Below the pieces are notes generated by a model that saw only the letters and a list, made by a program, of their open reading frames with translations, searched no databases and was not told where the DNA came from. A stretch of DNA of 64,000 nt from Vermamoeba vermiformis. Its lineage: Eukaryota. Location of the stretch: positions 186,001 to 250,000 of the forward strand of contig JBEWZL010000030.1 in the NCBI GenBank assembly GCA_045837725.1, read 5' to 3'. Position numbers and translations under genes: made by a program. Below, in pieces: positions 42,533 through 55,328 of the stretch. How positions within the stretch are numbered: position 1 is the first letter of the stretch; the number at the start of each line of letters is the position of its first letter.

Positions 42533-44341
42533 ATGGACGAAAACACACGGTAAAATGAGATCAGATCAACCGCCGCACCATTAACGCTTACTGACTGCAG
42601 TATATTTATTAAGACTCATTAATTCAACGCACCACCGCTCCTTAAAAGACTACAGCACGCTCGCTGACGATGTGCCCCCACATCCCGGCTGCTACATACC
42701 GCGGCGCTACGTGGTGGTGGTGCTGTGCTTTCTGTGCCTATTCATCTGCTACGTACTGCGCACGTCCCTCAGCACGGCGATACTCTACATTCGACAGGAG
42801 CACGTGACGTACAAGGACGAGCAGTTGACGGCAGTGGTGCTGTCCTCCTTCTACTGGGGCTACATCCTCTCGCAGATACCTGGCTCTGTCCTCGCGCAGC
42901 GGTACGGCGGCAAGGTACGTTCAGTGAACTGGGAATGGTGCGGCACAGTGTTTGACGCGTGTCACAGGTGGTGCTGGGCTGGGGCACCTTCTTAGCCTCG
43001 CTGTTCTCGGTGGTGACTCCGTTCTGCATCGATCACGTGCCACTCTTGCTGGCCTGTCGGTTCATCACTGGCAAGTGGCACCTGTCACTCAAACACCTGC
43101 AATTAACCATATATAGGTCTGTCTGAAGGTGTCGTGTTCCCAGTGGTGCATCAGCTGCTGTCACAGTGGCTGCCCAAGTCAGAGCGCGGACTGTAAGTGC
43201 ACCCTTTGACACGTGTCATTCACTGACCTCCACAGCGTGACATTCACGTGGGCAGGCGGCAATGTAGGCACGGTGATCACGATGCTCGCGTCGCCGTACA
43301 TCATGCAGCACTGGCACTGGCCCAGTCTGTTCTACATCTCTGGCGGTCTTGGCCTAATTTGGTCATCGGCCTGGCTCGTGCTGATCGATCGAGACCCAGT
43401 CACACAGCTCAGAAGGTACGCACTGTCACGTGCTTGCAGCGCTAATTATAGTCCCTCAGAACGTGTTGTCTGCCACTCTCCGTTCATGAACTGAATGTCA
43501 TTCAGCAACACGCGCCACTAGCCACTCAACGGCCTGTCACTCCATGGCGCGCAATTCTCAGCAGTGCCACTGTCTACTCACTCTTGTTCGCACACTTTGC
43601 CAGTACGTAGTGGCACGGTCTATTGTCCGCACCTAACACGTTGTTCAGTGAATTGGGGCTTTTACATCCTGCTCAACTATTTGCCGATTTACTTCACCGA
43701 CAAGATTGGTAGGTTGATTGCCAAATTAAGTAATTTCACTGATCACGTGCAAAGGCTTCAAGCCCGAAGGTCTCGTGTTCTTTTTGCCATTTTTAGCGCA
43801 AGCTGTCACCACGCTGTTCTCTGGCCGCATTGCAGATCGCGTGATCAGTGCGGGACTGCTGTCAGTCGTCAACACTCGGCGCGTGTTTCAAACGCTCGGC
43901 ACTGGCACCTCGGCCCTCGTGCTCTTGTTGTTGGTGTTCACTGAAGTCAGCAAAACGACTGCAATGATTTACATGGTGAGTCCATTCACTGAACGAACGG
44001 CTTTTGACACGTGACAGGTGGTGGCACTCGGATTTTTGGGCTTTGCACCTTCAGGGTACGCGATGAGTCACTTTGACATCACCCCGAAATTTGCAGGCGT
44101 GACATTTGGGTATGTGAATGATCTATATTTAGCAGCACGGTGGCACTAATCACCGCACAGTCTCTCGAACACCGTGGCGACTATTCCAGGCATTGCGGGT
44201 GTGTTGATTGTCGGTCAAATTCTCGCGCACGTGGCCACTGCCTACGCGTGGAATCTCATCTTCTTGCTGACGGCAGGCATTGACATAGTGTTCACCGTGT
44301 TCTATGTGTGCTGCGTCAAGGGCACGGTGTTGTTCGAGTAA
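42533..44341 (+). CDS. SLC17/ACS-family MFS anion transporter (multi-exon)
   Basis: ICYVLRTSLSTAI, VLSSFYWGYILSQIPGSVLAQRYGGK, GLSEGVVFP...WLPKSER, DITPKFAGVTFG|LSNTVATIPG. Confidence 0.92.
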
Positions 44342-44399
44342 ATATAAATAGCCGTCCCATGTAATAGTTGCAACACTTTATTGGACAGTAACACAGCTG

Positions 44400-46242
44400 T
44401 TAATAGACCGAGGACTCAGCACCTGCGTTGTGTCGACACCACACGATGAGATTGGCTGCCATAATAATTAATATATATGTTGAGTCCGTGCGCTACATTA
44501 TGTATCTTACCTCTGAAGCCACTCGTGAGAGGTCGAGTGCCGTGACGATGACTGCCCAAGTGGATGACTGCACGACCGAGCGCTGGCTGCCATTCACCTG
44601 TCACTCGTTAGCGGACAACACTTTGACACGTGTCAATCATTGACTCACCTGTGGGCTCTTCGAAATAGACTGACGCGCCCTCAAATGTGCGGCCCAGACA
44701 GACATTGAGTGTGACGTCACTGAGGTCTTGGTGCACTGTAACAAGAGCGTTATATTCACCGACACTAGTCATCACATTCACTATGACCACGCACCATCGA
44801 GCTTGACGTCTTTGCCGAGCTCATATTCGACCATGAAGGCGTGGTGTTGATTCAACTGACTGCCCTGCACTTCTGGGAATAGAGCAGCCGCGAGTGGTCT
44901 GATGTATCGGATCATTAAGAGGTGCATCATGTCTCTGAAGGCCTCAGACATGTGATCAAAGATCAGACCGTAGTTGTTCATTGAATTCGGTCGTTGAATG
45001 GGTCCTCCACTCTGCTTGTAGTGATCTGTTTCGACTAACAACTCCCTACATATAATTAACATCACTCCTCTAGCGTACGTTGGCTGGCCAGTGACTTACT
45101 GACAGAATTGAGGCGTGAACAAGACGAATTCAAACACACCAGGGCAGATCTCTTTCATCAACTTGCGCAACTCATCAGCACTGTTCGAGTGCAGGGCCCT
45201 GATGAACTGTGCATCAAAATGTTCCTATTTAATCATCTGTTAGTGCAGTTCGACCAGTGACACGTGTCATACATCGCTGAGTTCGGTCACGTGACGCTGT
45301 TTAGGTTTGTACATGGCACATTGAGTGGGGGCGCGCTGTTTCTTCTTCGCTTTCTCGAGTGCATTGATGCGTTCAGATCTGAGCGCGTGATCGGCCTTCG
45401 TCTTGGCTTGAATAGCCTCCGTGGTCCACTGTGGAGGTCAATAGGCGAACAAGCACACTACTCACACGTACCGGTGTGAATGGCGTGTGGGGCACTAGTC
45501 TCTCGTGCAACAGTTGTGCGGTCGTGTTCTGTTTGTTGAGCAGTGCGAGGGTCAGTGCGTCATTGCCTGCTCAGAGCGGTCAGTCACGGTGTCACGTGTC
45601 ACAGTGCCGCACCATCATTGTCCTGCGCGTCTATCTTCGCTCCTCGTCGCAGCAGCTCTTCCACGACATCATCGTAGCCGCGCTCAGCTGCAAAGTGCAG
45701 TGGAGTTCTGCCCCCCGAGAGGTAGACAGGGATGTGATTGCTGACGTAGTAGACTGCATCTGTGGACTGGCGAGCGGATCAGCACTGGCATTAGTGAGGG
45801 GGTGAGGACTTACTGTCCTATTGATGTCTGCACCATGATCTAACAGCGCTTTAACGCAGTCAATGTAGCCTTCATTCGTGGCAAAATGCAGTGGTGTCAA
45901 ACTGAAGATCCAGCATCAGTACACTACTCTTGTTTAGATAGGACACGTACCCATCGTCATCGGCTATATTAGGGTCTGCCTTATTAATAATCAACGAGAT
46001 TAAATCATCACTGCCATTAAGAGCTGCGATATGAAGTGGAGTGAAGCCTAAATTAATTAAAGAGCATTCAGCACATTATTAAAGCGTAAATATGGAATCA
46101 ACTTATAGATTCTGTTACTGTTACTACCTCGCTCATTTTTTTCATTCAGATCCACGTTATTATTTATGAATGTTTTCACCGCTTCCGCATCATTTCTCAT
46201 TAACGCCTTAAATATATCGTCTGTCGATTGTTGGACTTCCAT
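44400..46242 (-). CDS. Ankyrin-repeat plus OGFOD2-like Fe(II)/2-oxoglutarate dioxygenase (multi-exon)
   Basis: TPLHIAA and TPLHFATNEGY ankyrins; RPNSMNNYGLI, HHAFMVEY, HQDLSDVTLNVCLGRTFEG, HLGSHRHGTRPLTSGFRANLIVWCR. Confidence 0.85.
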
Positions 46243-46383
46243 TGTAACTACTTCTTAAATAATTACTAGACTCGTGTTGTTCTCTTGTTGCTGAGTAATA
46301 ATTTGCCAGCAAGTATTGACTCGAGTTGGGTGTAAGTATTTACAAATTTTATTTACATTGGTTTGGTTTTGAATGATACAGAT

Positions 46384-49300
46384 TTATCCCTGTCGGGAGA
46401 TGGAGTGATTGACTTGCACGAACAGACGTTCAATTTCAGGAGCGCATCTGATGAACGAGCGGTCCCAGAAGTTGTAGTGATTGTTCTTAATCAACTCAAT
46501 GAAGGTAATGAGCAAGCCCCAAGGGTGTGGTCGCTGAGTGATCAGTCGTTCGAACAAGACGCGCGTGATCTGCTCTTGCACAATTTCGAGCTGTGTCTCG
46601 GCGAACAAGAAGAGCAACAAGCGACTGAAGTAGTGCGTGTGGTTGTTGGGATAGCGCAGTTGATTGGCAATGGCGCTGAACAGCCAGTAACGCCCTTCCG
46701 TGTCGAGCTGTGTGGCGAGGGTGCGGAATATCTCCATGGCAGCAGCAGCGGTGATCTCAGAATAGGGGTGCACGACTGAGGACTCGCTCAGTGCCTTCAT
46801 GCCGACATAGAGCACGAGCCCGTTGATCAGTGGCACGTTGTACTTGGTGCCGCGAGCATTGATCTGCTCGGGACTGGTCAGCTGCAGCTTGGTCAGCAGC
46901 TCGGGCAAGAAGGAAGCAGGCTCGCCAGTCTTCAAATAGAGGTCTAGTGTGCGCATCATAGTCATGTCGGTGAACACTGACATAAAGTTCGAGTATATGC
47001 GAGGAGGCTCTTTGATCTCGGGCAACAGATCGACCTTCAAGTTGGGCGTGAAGGGATCCGGCAACTTCATCGTGCGAGGATAAGCAGACAAGATGAGATT
47101 GCGCATCTGAATGCAGTTGGACGGAATGACATTGCACAGACTGAAGTGGTAGTCGCACAAGAACTCGGGGAAGTCGTGCAACAGCACCAACAAGACGCGC
47201 AACGAGCCCTTGTAGAGCAGTCGAATGGGCGGTGTGAGCTTGACATTGCGCAAGTGAGGCTCGAGGAAAGTGAACAATTCAACGAGCAACTGCTGCATCA
47301 CAGCCCAGCCCCGCTGTTCCTTCAACAACTTGGGCATGAACATGCGGTGCGAGATGAGTTCGAGCCAAGCAAAGGTGAAGCCAGGATAGGCGGAGGGCTG
47401 GAAGTGATGGAAGAGCTGACTGAACTGGTGCAAGAGTGGGATGGTGTAGGAATCAAAGGCCTGGTCGAGACTGTTGAACTCGTGGAACAGACCCGCGAAC
47501 AGACGGAAGTAAGGTCGTTGGTTGAACAGCGGCTTCTCGTGATAGTCGCGGTGCAGGGTCTGACCGACAATCACCAATATGTTCTGCAAGAATCCCACCT
47601 TGTCGGGGTAGTACTTGACAAGCACAACAATCAGCTTGGCGAGGGCATCCACCGCTTTGTAAGACAGCTTGGGTTGTTGCGAGGACTCATCGCCTTCAGT
47701 GGCACCATCGGCCTGTTCAGTGTGACAACGCTCCAGTGCCTCACGCAAGCACACTTTGTGGAATGCGAGCTCATTCTCGTTGGTGTCCTTGGCACCGTAG
47801 TAGCCTTGCTGTTGCAGCTGCTGAATGAATGGCGCGTAGACCTTGTCGTTGAGCTGATTGGGCTGCAGTTGAGTGAGCGACTGATAATAGACGGACATCC
47901 ACTCGTCGAACAGTGCTTTGATGCGCTCCTCAGTAGCAGACGAGATCTGCGGCAAGGGCTGCTTCATCAATTGCGCGAACTTGCTGCGAGCCTCTTCGCG
48001 CTTGCCGTCAGTGTTGGCTTGTTTCACGGCCTCCAACACTTTGGTGACGGGATTGTCGCTGCCCTTCTTCGTGGCGTGAGTGGCCAATTCGTCCAAAGTA
48101 GCCACGAATTCAGACTGATTGACAATGCGTTCTTGCAACAAACATTTCTGAATCAACCACAGCGCGAACTCGATGACAGGTTGATTGCGACCCTTGTCCA
48201 TCATCTTCACCAACTGCAAGTCGAACTCGGTGGCGTCCAACAAACGGAAGCGAATGAGACCATAGATCACTTCGCGATTGAGCTTCAACTGATCGTCATC
48301 GGCGAATATGACCCAGGTCGTGATGTCTCTGCGCAGTCTGGGAATGACTGAAGCCAAAGTGTCGAGCACGAGCAAGTAAGTGTGCAGCAAGTTTTGACGA
48401 TAGACCTTCTCAAGCAAATTATCGGGCTTGGCACCTTTGGGCACAGTTTGACTTTCAAACGTCTTCAACAGCGTGCGTTGAGCAAGAGCAGTGGCTATCT
48501 CCATATTGGTCGAGTCGTAGTATTGCACACCTGTGACGAGCGAGGCAACACGACGGATCAGCTCTTCGACGGTAGGATTGAGCGCGGTGATGATGTCCTT
48601 GGGACTCGAAGGAGGGTTGGCCGATGAGTACTCAGCTTGATGGGCTTCGATGTGCTGCTTGAGTGCCGTGACCATATCCCCCATCAGCTTGTTGAAGGAC
48701 TCGATGGCATCTTGTGCGGTGAACATCTCTTGCGTCGGTGCAATAGCTTGACGACGCGTGCCCATGGAGAGGATTTGATGTTGTTGCAACTGTTGCGGGG
48801 TCATCACTTCAGCAGTCACGTTCAGACTGCCAACACCCACTGGTGCCTCATCGGGTGAGAATGAACTGGGTGCTTTAGCGGTGCTGGGTGCGGGGGACGG
48901 TTGTGTCTGTTGCGCACTGCGAATCAAGAACTCTTCGTACACTGCAAACTGATTGGCCGTCACTCCACTCATCTTGGGCTTCAGCAGCTCAGGCAGTGCT
49001 GCGGGATATCTCTGGCCCAGGACATTGATGTCGACGTAAGTGGTGCTGCCACGCTCTCTGTTGGCACGGCGTGCTTGAATAGCTTGAGACAAGGCCTCAT
49101 CAGTGTCGAGAATAGCCTTCTCAGCAGCAATACGTTCGATGATCGCGCAACCGAGGTCCAAGTTCTCACCAACGATGGTTTGAATGGCAGCGTCGATGCG
49201 CTCAGCCAAGGCAGGCTGTTCAGTTACAGGGGACTGCAACAAGAGGGCGCGCAAGTGATTCATCATGCTCACACGCAACGGTTCTTTGCATGTGACTGAT

Positions 49301-52300
49301 GCTAGACTGCCAGCAAGTGATTGCACCATCATATGAGCAGCACGCAACATCTTCGTTTCATCTAAAAGATAAAATTAGCATCAAGTAATTAGATAGATAT
49401 TCATCGCTTCGTACCAGGCTCGTAAGCAAAGTCCTTCACGACGAGTTCGCGAGCAGTGATCACAGCAATAGTGCTTGATCGCTCGACAACAGGGGCTAAG
49501 ATCTCTTGAATGGCACGTGATATGCCAACAATGACAGCTCGCTTCAATTGCGGGTTTTGAGCAAATACAGCCAGGGCCGGGTTGATTTGGATGTATTGCA
49601 AGTAGGGCGTAAAATTGTAGATGTCTCCGGGCACTTGAGAACCTGAGTGACTGAGATCGTCGATATTTACATTTTGACCGGAGAGATCTGTTGGCTCTTC
49701 TTTGGGCAAGGGCACAATCTTGAAATCTACTGCATTAGCACCGGTGTAGGGGCGCTTATCTTTCAACAACTCAGAGGGCTTGATGGAAGAGATATCCACG
49801 TTGATCTTCTGGAACAAAATTTCCACTTCATAAGCCAACTGTTGCTTGAGATTGGACATGTTGTAGAACTCTACGAGGAGCTTCAACAATCCAACGAGCC
49901 AAGGGTTGGGTGGCTTGAACACTTTCGACGTGCCACATGTCTGCAGAATCTTCGAGACGAAAGGAATAGCCGCGATCAGCTTGCCTTGTTCATAGGCCTC
50001 CAAGAGCAGTCGCTTCAACGGCAAATATTTGTCCAAAATTGGCTTGTTGCGTGCAATGGTCAGCATACCAAGCCACGTGCCAAGGTTCTTAAGCAACTGT
50101 CTCTCAGCAATGTCTTGACGAATCTTGTCTGAGCGCAAGAGTGAGCGAATGGCCGCGTAGGTTGCGCCGAGAGTCTTCAACACCAACATCGAGTCACCGA
50201 ACTTGTCAATGAATGTCATGTAGAGCTGTTGGTTGTTGGATTCAATGCTGACTCGGCGAAGGACGAGGTATTGCGCCATGTAGTCGTAGTGTTCAGGCTT
50301 CAAGACCTTCTTCATGTCAACCACTTTAGCGTCCAGATTGCTCGTGGAGACGTTGTTGATGATGAAGTGAATGCGGTCCATGGCCTCTTCGTCGGGCAAT
50401 TGCACGTCATTAGCGCTGTTCAGCAATGTGCCAATAGGGAGCGACTGTGCCTGCACTTCATCTTTCTTCTTCTCTTTCTTGTCACCGTTCTCATCATTGG
50501 CGTGAGAAGAACCGAACAGACTTCTGTTTGGCTTGTTAGGCTCTTCGCCACCATTGCCAGAGCCGCCAGTACCACGTGAACCAGAGCTCAGTGTCGGACC
50601 AGAGCTCTCATTACCACGCAAGTTGGGTGTGCGGCCATTTGAACTGTTGCCACCCTTAGCACTGCCTCCTGAAGAGTTGGAGCCTGTGCTGGCGGTAGCA
50701 ATGGGAGGCTGTTGTGTTGCCACGGGAGTTTCAGCCACTGGAGGTGAGGGGCTGGGGTTCTGCTGTTGTTGCAAAAGAGTGGTGACTTGTGCAGCGAATT
50801 GGGGGTAATCGCTGATGCGTGATTGGAACTGTTGCAACGCCAGAATGCCAAAAGCAAACATGCGAGTGCCTGGTTTCTTCAGGGCTTCGAGAATGCATCG
50901 CAAAGCAGCGCTGAGCAAGTTGACGGGCAACAATTGATGTTGCACGAGTGAGCCGAACAAGACACCTGTGATTTGGAATTCCTTGTCGGGATATTGGTGG
51001 TAGAACTGGTATTCGTCAAACAAGTTGTGAATCAGCGAGCCAAATAGACGCAAATCTCTTGGATTATTGCTCGCTTGCAGTCTTCGGAGCAAAGCAATAA
51101 AATCTTCAAGAGAGATTTGCTCTGAGAATAAGAGTTGGAAGTAGTAATTCGCCTCTTGTTCGATCACTTCAGTGTTGCTGTCTGTCAATCGCTTGAACTC
51201 GTCTTGAACATCAGTGGGCATTGCAGGCACGATAGCTTGCAACGTGTGCAAGAAGACATTGGCAATTTCTGGAGTGAGATTGGCCTTGCCTTGTGGAGTC
51301 GATTGAGCTCGCTGATATAATTGTTAGTCATTTTCTTTGCATTCAACTTCGAGAATAACTTACAGTGATGAATTCAAGGCAGCTGCGGACAAAAGGCTCC
51401 TGATGCAATTGCGCCATCTCTTGAATCCACTTCTCCAGATTGAGGTACTCTCGACGGCTAGCCAACGAAGCCAAGTCAAGAGCAAACAAGAAGTTCGAGT
51501 TCTCCAACACTGATTTGAGCTCCTTGAGTTCTTGTGCAATGTCCAACACACGTGAAAGATGCGAGGCATCAAGCGTGTAAAGATCTACCATTGACTTGAT
51601 GACCACGTTCTTATCGAGGCTCCACAACTGCGAGAGCACAGCAGTGAAGTGTGGGTGATTGGAAACGAGGAAGAGCGGCATTAAGATTGAGATCAACTCG
51701 TCCTTCAAGGCCGTATGCGAAGGGTTGATGTGCATGATCGCCAGTAACAGCAGTTCGGGACAGTGTTTGATGGGATAGTCGAACAGTGATCGCACGACCA
51801 AATAGTATTCGTCGTTTGCTGACAGCTCAAACAACGTCTCGACCAAGGACAAGGAGTGCCAGTTGTGTGCTACTGTCGCGCTATTGTTTGACAAGTGGAA
51901 GCCTTCAATCGCAGGTAACAACTTGCCCGCAGAAGAGAAGTTGAATACTTCAGCCGGAGCAGAGAGTGCTGTGCGAATGAAGTAAAGTTGACTCGGGATA
52001 TTGGACCAGCTGTCAAACAGAATCTGCACGGGGAACACTTGACCCGTCGCTTGCTTGTAAAGGTTCACTAGCAAGTTCAAGCCGCGCTGATCAAACAGCT
52101 TGAATCGTGGGTTGTCCAGCTGTTTCATGACCTCCATCCAGTTCAATTTAGGGGCCTAAGATTAAATTATTAGTACTGAATTCACGGCACTGGGTTGAAC
52201 ATACTGCTTTAGAAATGGCCTCCACAAAGACATTCACGTTCCACTGCGATTTGCTGTCACTGTATTGCAGCTGCAAATTGGGCTTCAGCTGATTAGGCTC

Positions 52301-53465
52301 GGTCAAAAATGGCAAGCTGACAGATTTTTGCTGTGACTCGCCGCTCTGTGCATCTCTGACCAATAAGATAATAGCCTCAGCAACTTGTTTTTCAGTAAGA
52401 GGGCCAAACTGCTTGAGAACATCATTAAAGCTGTCGAGTGAGTTGGTACAAGCGTGTCCAAGCTCTTCCATGAGCTGAGCTAACGAAATCGCGTGACTCA
52501 ACTCATCGACCAACAACTTGACTTGTTTGACCAGCTCATCGTTGTTTCTGATAATTTTATTAGAATTTGCTGCGTTAGTGCCGACAGCTACTTACTTCTT
52601 CAGATCATTGTAGGCTTCTTCTTGCAACAGAGGCAACAGCGAGAACACTTGTGCTTCATTGCATTGCTTTTGAATGGCTTTCATGACTGCCCCGCGCTGT
52701 TGTTCGAATTCATCGCGTCGTTTAATAATCACCAACAGGTCACGGGCCACGTATTCAGGAAGCTTTTCTTTTTGAGCGACCACTTCAGCGAGACCATTCT
52801 TAATGTGCTTGAGGCCTAAAGGGAGGTGAGTATCAGATCGTCGACGAATAATTTGGCGGCACTTACCAGCACTTGCTAAAGCGGCATTGGGAGATCTAGA
52901 CAAAGAAATGGCAAAAGCAATGTCTTGTGATAGCTTGAATTTGAGTGCTTTTGCAATACGAGGAACAAGATCCTCAGATACGCTTTCAAATGAGCGCGCC
53001 ATTAAGGTACTGTAATGAGGCTTTTGGATAATATCGTCCACAAATTGTTGTATTAACTGGATTTTGTGCATATTATTTTGAGGTTTGTCGTCTTGGAAGT
53101 CAATCGACTTGATGAGTGCTTTCATGGCAAACAGAAGAGCCTCGTCGCCATACATTGCAATCAACTAATAAAAATATTTTTAAGTTAATGTAAGATACCA
53201 GTTGAATGCTGAATGTAATTATTTTGGCGGTAGTTGCATCTCGTAAAGCAACACAAAAAAATATTTTAAAAATTACCTGATTAATTTCTTGCACACTTGA
53301 CTTCAAATTCTTCTTGTTTACAGATGTTACTAATTGACCAAGATGCGATGCGACAATAATATTGAATTTTAAGGAGTGCAGAGATCCTTTGCCAGTACCA
53401 AACTTGGCCGATGAGTGAAAAACTTTTGTTGGTTGGCTTCTTAAACCGCCAGATTGAGGCATCAT
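46384..53465 (-). CDS. CNOT1: CCR4-NOT scaffold subunit NOT1 (multi-exon)
   Basis: LASRREYLNLEKW, NLFDEYQFYHQYPDKE, RVSIESN, LLKNLGTWLG, LASVTCKEPLR, PGFTFAWLELISHR, LLVLLHDFPEFL, NQLRYPNNHTHYFS, RPHPWGLLITFIEL. Confidence 0.98.
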
Positions 53466-53612
53466 TATATGTATAAACGACTCTCGGGTAACTGGCCGCT
53501 GTTCTGGTGCTCTCAACAATAAGTTTGGAAAGATAGAAAAGTCACGGACTATGCACAGCTTGCTCATTTTTGCACCCACTTCGCACCTCTACCACTGATA
53601 ATATTCTTCACC

Positions 53613-54668
53613 ATGAATAAATTGGTGGATAAAGTGGTTATCCCTGGCGATGTTATTGGCCAGGTTGAGAGTGGCTCTACCATCCGTCTTGGACCTGGAT
53701 TAATTCAAATGGAAGAATCTATTATTGCTACTAAGGCGGGAATATTAAGATTTAAATCACCTGATAGATTTTGGATCGAAAACAACCAAAAACGAGTAAG
53801 TTCAAAAGTGGATCAGATTGGATCGAGCATTTCAACGACGACTGAATAGTTAAATTTAAATTATAATTACGCTAATATAACACGAATTTTATTTATTTAA
53901 TTTGAAGTAAAACGTCAACGAGATACAAAGCGTTGAATTATGATCTCTTGAACTGTTATTGGCCTCGTCTAACCTCACCTCTTGCAGTATATACCAGCAG
54001 TTGATGACCTCGTGATTGGCATCATCACCGAACGCCATGCTGAGGACTGGAAAGTCGACATTGCCTGTCATCAACCAGCCACACTATCAATGTACAGCTT
54101 TGAGAATGTGACGCGCAGAAACAGACCCAATCTCAACGTAAGTACCACAGATGAGCCTGACAATACGCGCGTCATATTAGCATGGTAGAAGGGCTAACAC
54201 ATCGTTAGGTCGGAGACCTGGTCTACGCTCGCGTCATTGTAGCCAACAAGGACATGGAGCCAGAAATCTCTTGTGTCTCCACCAAGGGCAAGGCCGATGG
54301 ATTTGGTGCGCTGACTGGCGGCTACATGTTCAAAGCTAGCACTCGCTTGGTGCGCAAGTAAGTTGCTCACCATTATTCCTTCGATGACTCCATATTTACA
54401 CCACATGTAAGAACTTACTAACCTACTCTACAATAGGTGCCTTGAAGTCAATTCTTACATTTTGCAAGCTCTGGGCAAGCATTTCCCCTACGAAGTCGCT
54501 GCTGGAATGAACGGCAGGATCTGGGTCAACTCAAACACAATAGAGAACACTGTGCTTATTACCAACGCAATCCTCAACTCAGAGCTGCTTAATCAGGCTC
54601 AAATTGATCTTATGGTCCAGAAACTAGCGCAACGAGCGAAGAAGAAGGGTGCGAATACGAACCTTTAA
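53613..54668 (+). CDS. EXOSC3: Exosome complex cap subunit RRP40 (multi-exon)
   Basis: VIPGD, RLGPGL, ATKAGIL, YIPAVDDLVIGII, FENVTRRNRPNL, VGDLVYARV..ANKDMEPEISC, EVAAGMNGRIWV. Confidence 0.95.
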
Positions 54669-54825
54669 AAAATACTTGCCTTCAACCTGTAAATAACCTT
54701 AAACCGAAAGTTAACACTACTTTGTACAAATCTTATTTATTACACCATTTAGACTCGTTTGAGCGGTTCTAAGTGGGCTGATAACACATCCATTTACAAA
54801 AGCGTTTCTAAGCGATATCTACAAA

Positions 54826-55148
54826 TTAATCTAGATCGTCATCGTCAAAATCATCCTCAAACTTGTTGAAAAAGTCGTTATCGACCAATTTGTCACCACC
54901 CATTTCACCTGAAAATAATTCAAATTAATTTCCAATTATCGTAGAATTAATTTGCAGAGCGTTGTAAAATTGCAAATTACGCATAATAATTTATATTCAC
55001 TTGTATAATAATATCTACCTTGCATAGACTCCATAACAGCCATAGCCTCTTCAGGATCGAGGTCCATATCCATTCCCCACATACTAGGGTCCATTTCGTC
55101 ACCACGGCCACCAGCCTGGTGCATAAGCTTGTTCCATGCGCGCATCAT
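54826..55148 (-). CDS. COPS9: COP9 signalosome subunit 9 (CSNAP/MYEOV2-like), 2 coding exons
   Basis: The spliced C-terminus GEMGGDKLVDNDFFNKFEDDFDDDDLD* matches the CSNAP DFFNxFEDxFDDDD signature; intron is ~54909-55018. Confidence 0.8.
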
Positions 55149-55328
55149 CTTGGGCAGTTCTGTTTATTGCACGTAAAATTAATTGATAAAATCGTTCAAA
55201 GTCTTTAGTCCCTTTTTTCCTTCCCGTTTTTGGCCTGAATTTTTCTGCGCGACCTGTCGTGACAAATAACCAGTTGTCGCCGGAGTTCATCTCATTAGTA
55301 TTTTTAATTACGCTAGACCAACAAAGCC

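Noticed and set aside
47146-48351. Long antisense ORFs (also 11468-12310, 34323-35099, 60045-60758, 13779-14354)
   Set aside because: They are shadows of strongly codon-biased real genes on the opposite strand and show no independent motifs.
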